This document shows positions 60,001 through 64,000 of a DNA stretch of 64,000 nt, in pieces (the first letter of the stretch is position 1; each line of letters begins with the position of its first letter). Both the position numbers and the translations under genes were made by a program. The notes below the pieces were generated by a model. It was not told where the DNA came from, did no database searches, and saw nothing but the letters and a program-made list of their open reading frames with translations. The stretch is from assembly GCA_964106645.2 (NCBI GenBank), contig OZ067050.1; one strand, 5' to 3'. Source of the DNA: Podarcis pityusensis. Taxonomy: Eukaryota.

Positions 60001-63000
60001 TGTAAGCAGATAGATGGGTCATTCTTCCATATGTGGTGGACATGTAAAAAAGCTAAAGTCTTTTGGAGAAATGATATGTAATTAAATGAAGAAAATGTTT
60101 AAATCGGCCATTCCCCAAAGGCCAGAAGTTTTCTTTATAGGCTTAATAGGGACTGAGGTCCCAATGAAGATGACTAAACTATTTATGCATGTGAATGCAG
60201 CAGCTGGATTATATGCACAGAAATGGAAAGGAGAGCAGGTTCCAACAACAGAAGAGCGGCTTTTGAAAGTAATGAACTATGCAGAAATGGCAAAGCTGTC
60301 AGCAAAATCAAGAGATCAAAATACAGATTTTTGATAGAAGAATGGAGGCCCTTCACGGACTATTTTTAAAAAATAGTCTAATGAAATTATAGGTAGGGTT
60401 CCAGATTAAAGCAGCAGAAGAAAAATGATAAAATAATTGTAATAGAGAAACTTTTTGTAATAGATAAAATATATAATGCAGTAGAAGAGGTGAGGTGAGG
60501 TTGGGCAAAAGACAACTTATGAAACAATGTAGTTATCTGATACAAAGATTGTTGTAAAATGTTTGGAAAACGTCTAGGTGATGATCCCTAGAAGTTGATG
60601 GACTTCATTATGCACTATGTGGAAATAGAAAGGAACCTGATCATTCCTGTGTGTAATATGAACTATAAGTTTGTTTTAAAAAAATAAATGTGCATCTATT
60701 GAAAAGGTATACACAGAGAATTACTCAGATAGGCTTTGTTGTTTAGTTGTTTAGTCATATCTGATTCTTCGTGACTCCTTGGACAAGAGCACGCCAGGCA
60801 CTCCGGTCTTTCACTGCCTCCTGCAGTTTGGTCAAACTCATGTTAGTAGCTTCGAGAACACTGTCCAACCAACTTGTCCTCTGTCGTCCCCTTCTCCTTG
60901 TACCCTCCATCTTTCCCAACATCAGGGTCTTTTCCAGGGAGTCTTCTCTTCTCATAAGGTGGCTAAAGTACTGCAGCCTCAGCTTCAGGATCTGTCCTTC
61001 CAGTGAGCACTCAGGGCTGATTTTCTTAAGAAGATAGGTTTGATCTTCTTGCAGTCCATAGGACTCTCACCATAATTCACAGACAGGGCTTAATCTATCA
61101 CAATTCCTTCAACAGACTTTCACCAGGGTTTGGTAATATAATGAAGCTGGCAGAATTGTGGACATGGGTTTTGTTGATACGATGAATGCAATCATAGAAA
61201 AGATGAGCCAAACTCTGCTTTTCTCAGCCTTGCAAACCAAATCGGTGAAGGCCCAGCTGAGCTTGAAAGATCCAGAATGTAACTGGGTACATGAGAAGGC
61301 AAAGTTCACTATTCCAGTAACTGAATAAGAAAAGTATTGTATTTTTTGCAAGCTATAAAGAGGTTCAGTATTTGTTTAGAGTCTTCTGCCATCTTTGACC
61401 CGGGTTACCTGTACTGGCTCTTCATGGCAAGCAGCAGTGGATGAAGAGAATGGAAGTCTACCCTTATTTTGTGTGCAAGAAATCAGCAGTTCTCTATGAT
61501 ATTAGGGGCTTGATTTCTCTGCTGTGAATTGGATCAATCAGCTTGACTGTCCAGGGGACGCAAATACTTACATTCACAGAGTTGGCAGAACAGCCAAATA
61601 CAAAGAAGGTGGGGAAACTCTTCTTGCGCTGCTTTCTTCAGAGGAAAAGGGAATGATGCAGCAGCTGTCACAGAAGAAATTTCCCATCAACAACATCAAA
61701 ATCAATCCTGAAAAGCTTGTTGACATCCAGAAAAAGATGCAGTCTTTCTTGGCTCAAGATCAAGAGTTGAAAGAGAGAGTCCAACGGTGTTTTGTTTCCT
61801 ATCTGTGATCGGTCTATCTAATGAAGAACAAGGAAGTGTTTGATGTATTCAAGTTGCCTATTGCTGAATATGCCCTCTCCCTTGGGCTTGCAGTGGCCCC
61901 TCATGAGTGATTTCTTCAGAAGTTCCAGAAGAAAACGCATGAGAATGAGGATGAGAAAGAAAGACCATTGCAGCAAACTGATAAGCCCAAAGATGCCCCT
62001 TTTCCTGTAAGCAACCATGGTGCAGAGAAATGCAGAGCACTCTTCAGCAAAACAGCAGTGTTGTGGGGAGACGAGAACATAGAACTCTCCAGCACAGACA
62101 TTGAAACTGAGGATGATGCATCACAGGCTCAGACTGAGACTGAAGAGGAGCCCATAGCGGTCAAGGGTTTGGAAGCTGAACGCCTGCAGTTCTTTGAAGA
62201 AGGTGATAGTTATGACGACAACACTCAGGATCTTAACGTGCTGACAGTGAAATGGTGGAATGTATTTGGTTTAGAAACAGGAGACAAAGTAGCACCAAGT
62301 ACACCAAATTTAAAGCTGAAAAAGAGAATAACTAAAACAAAAAAGGTTAAAAAAAGTATTGCAGGGAAAATGTAAAGTAAACACACACAAAAATGTGTTT
62401 ACTGAAGATAGGGAAATAATTCAGCAGTGGCCGCCCGCACAAAAACTGTTCATGACAAAGCAGATGAGGATGACAACAGTGGTAGAATCAGCCCCAACAT
62501 AGCAAAAGAGAGGCTGTAGGAAGAGGACAAATTTGAGAAAGAAGATACAAAGGAGATTAAAGAAAAACACAGAGAAAAAACAACTGAAAGAAAAGGCAGG
62601 AAAAGAGAAGTCAGAAAGAAAAATGCAAAAGGGGAAGAGGAATGTGTTGCCTTGGTTATGCATTTTGTGGTTTTATATTTTGATTTTATTCTGTGAACTG
62701 CCCTGAGACCTCATAATAATAATTAGGGAAAAGTTTTCTACTTGGTCATGTAATGAAGCATAAAATCACAATGAGAATGAAAAATGGTAAGGGAGTTGTT
62801 TCTGAAAATCCCGACACCCCATTCACAAATCCAACCTGTGGAATCTTGAAAAGACCTAAGATGTCTGCCATAAGGGAAGAGGTCTCAGAGCCAAGTCCTC
62901 CAATGACAGCTATGAGGTTTTTCTTACTGCCACATCTGTAGTTGAGGACAAATTTATGTGATTTGAAGAGCAGATCTAGAGTGGATTGATAGGTCATCAT

Positions 63001-63660
63001 GGCATCATAGTAGCTGTCGTAGATGTGGAATCCAAGTGTAGCATTAGGCAAGATCATTGGATTTTCATTGATCTCATTTATAGCAAATGCCAAGGCAAGA
63101 GCATGCTGGTAGAATTTTGTCACAATACTGAAAAAGAATATATTCTACTGTATCAAAAGGGAATCATACAATTCACAAAGATCTTATAGTTCTGTAGGTA
63201 AACCATTTAGTTTGCAATAACAGCAGTTGTATCTGAATTCTAATATTAGTGCTCTGCATAGTAGTTTGATATTTTATCTGTTTTAAAGTCTGATAGTTTT
63301 GCATTTTAAAGTTTCCTTTTCCTTTACCTTATTCCACCCCATCCCAACCGGCACTCCTTCCCTTGTGGCTCTAATGGATTCATAAATCCATGATTCATTT
63401 AAATACACTCAAACAATGAAGCATGGGGAAAAGAAGAGATATATTTACCATGGGACCTCAAACAGCTTCTGAGAAGGGTGTTCCTCAAAGTAAATTTCTC
63501 CAGAAACATAAGCTATCTGAGATGTCATCCCACCAATGCAGAGATCAACTTGTTGGTACCACTCATTGGGAACAGGGAGGGAATCAGTAATCCAGCACAG
63601 GCTAGAATCTATTTCAGATGCCATTGAAGGCAAGAGATATATAACTACAAATCCCAGCAT
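54072..63660 (-). CDS. V2R gene F, vomeronasal type-2 receptor, complete, ~869 aa
   Basis: Exons 63660-63449, 63127-62836, 58436-57588, 57178-56951, 56525-56399, 54973-54072. Sum 2610 nt in frame, GT-AG junctions. Confidence 0.92.
58735..60574 (+). mobile_element. Degraded 5'-truncated L1-clade LINE (RT + C-terminal Cys/His knuckle)
   Basis: Fragments [41 protein letters not shown]. Perfect 16-bp TSD taggtgatgatcccta at 58719-58734 and 60575-60590. Confidence 0.85.
60736..61078 (-). mobile_element. RTE-BovB 3' fragment
   Basis: [37 protein letters not shown]..; highly similar to 47821-48032 and extending further 5'. Confidence 0.88.
61130..62655 (+). pseudogene. DDX10: Processed pseudogene of DEAD-box RNA helicase DDX10, within intron 2 of V2R gene F (antisense to it)
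   Basis: Translated pieces match DDX10 as I recall it: [148 protein letters not shown]. Intronless, with stops, frameshifts and internal deletions. Confidence 0.88.
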
Positions 63661-63919
63661 CCTTACAGCAAATGTTAATTCTAGATGCATCTCTCAAGTA
63701 TTCATCCAATTCTTCATTTACATGCATCTCTCAATTATTTCCTCATCCTCATCACTTAGGTAGGAAGGGATGGTTTGCAACCCTGCTAAAGGACTCTACA
63801 GGGAAACACCTCATCCTTCTGTTATGTTACAGGGATACAAAGCCATGCCTTCAATAGATGAGATTGGCAATGTTACTGTTTCAAGTCTGGCTACGAAGAA
63901 TAAAGAGAAAACTATCAGA

Positions 63920-63970
63920 GGTGAAATTAACAGAGCCCAGCCTGCCTCTTGCCCCTACTCCCAGCTCTTA
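63920..63970 (-). promoter_or_regulatory. Conserved upstream cassette of gene F (first block; the rest is beyond the window)
   Basis: gaaattaacagagcccagcctgcctcttgcccctactcccagct. Confidence 0.5.
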
Positions 63971-64000
63971 CTACTACTTGGATTACTACTAGTTATACTT

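Noticed and set aside
61524-62375. Functional helicase gene from ORFs 61524-61808 and 61968-62375
   Set aside because: Stops, frameshifts, deletions and a broken DEAD motif; it is a retro-pseudogene.
5583-62655. Antisense orientation bias of intronic retroelements
   Set aside because: Long inserts are antisense, but several L2 and both BovB pieces are sense; numbers are too small.
4049-63763. Recurrent plus-strand ORFs antisense to V2R exons (for example [37 protein letters not shown])
   Set aside because: They recur only because the sense exons are paralogous; there is no independent coding evidence.

Overview
Vertebrate genomic DNA. The repeat content (Sauria SINEs, BovB, young L2, CR1, L1, Penelope, hAT and Tc1/mariner MITEs) points to a squamate, probably a lacertid lizard (inference). 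The window is a head-to-tail array of vomeronasal type-2 receptor (V2R, class C GPCR) genes, all on the minus strand. I call them A-F from left to right. B-F are complete six-exon genes whose hand-spliced CDSs stay in frame (869-875 aa); A is the 5' half (exons 1-3) of a sixth gene. Introns and spacers hold many retro- and DNA-transposon relics, several with readable target-site duplications (TSDs), a solo retroviral LTR, and a DDX10 processed pseudogene. There are two assembly gaps. I found no prokaryote-type system, CRISPR array or RNA gene. Best leads: a non-coding cassette shared upstream of all six V2R genes; patchwork, gene-conversion-like similarity among paralogues; a hAT element carrying a captured GC-rich promoter/exon-like segment; a DDX10 retrocopy ending in an L2 3' tail; a tandem donor that could yield secreted V2R ectodomains; and a branch point apparently derived from an L2 YADD motif. 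All alignments and counts were done by eye; nothing was searched.
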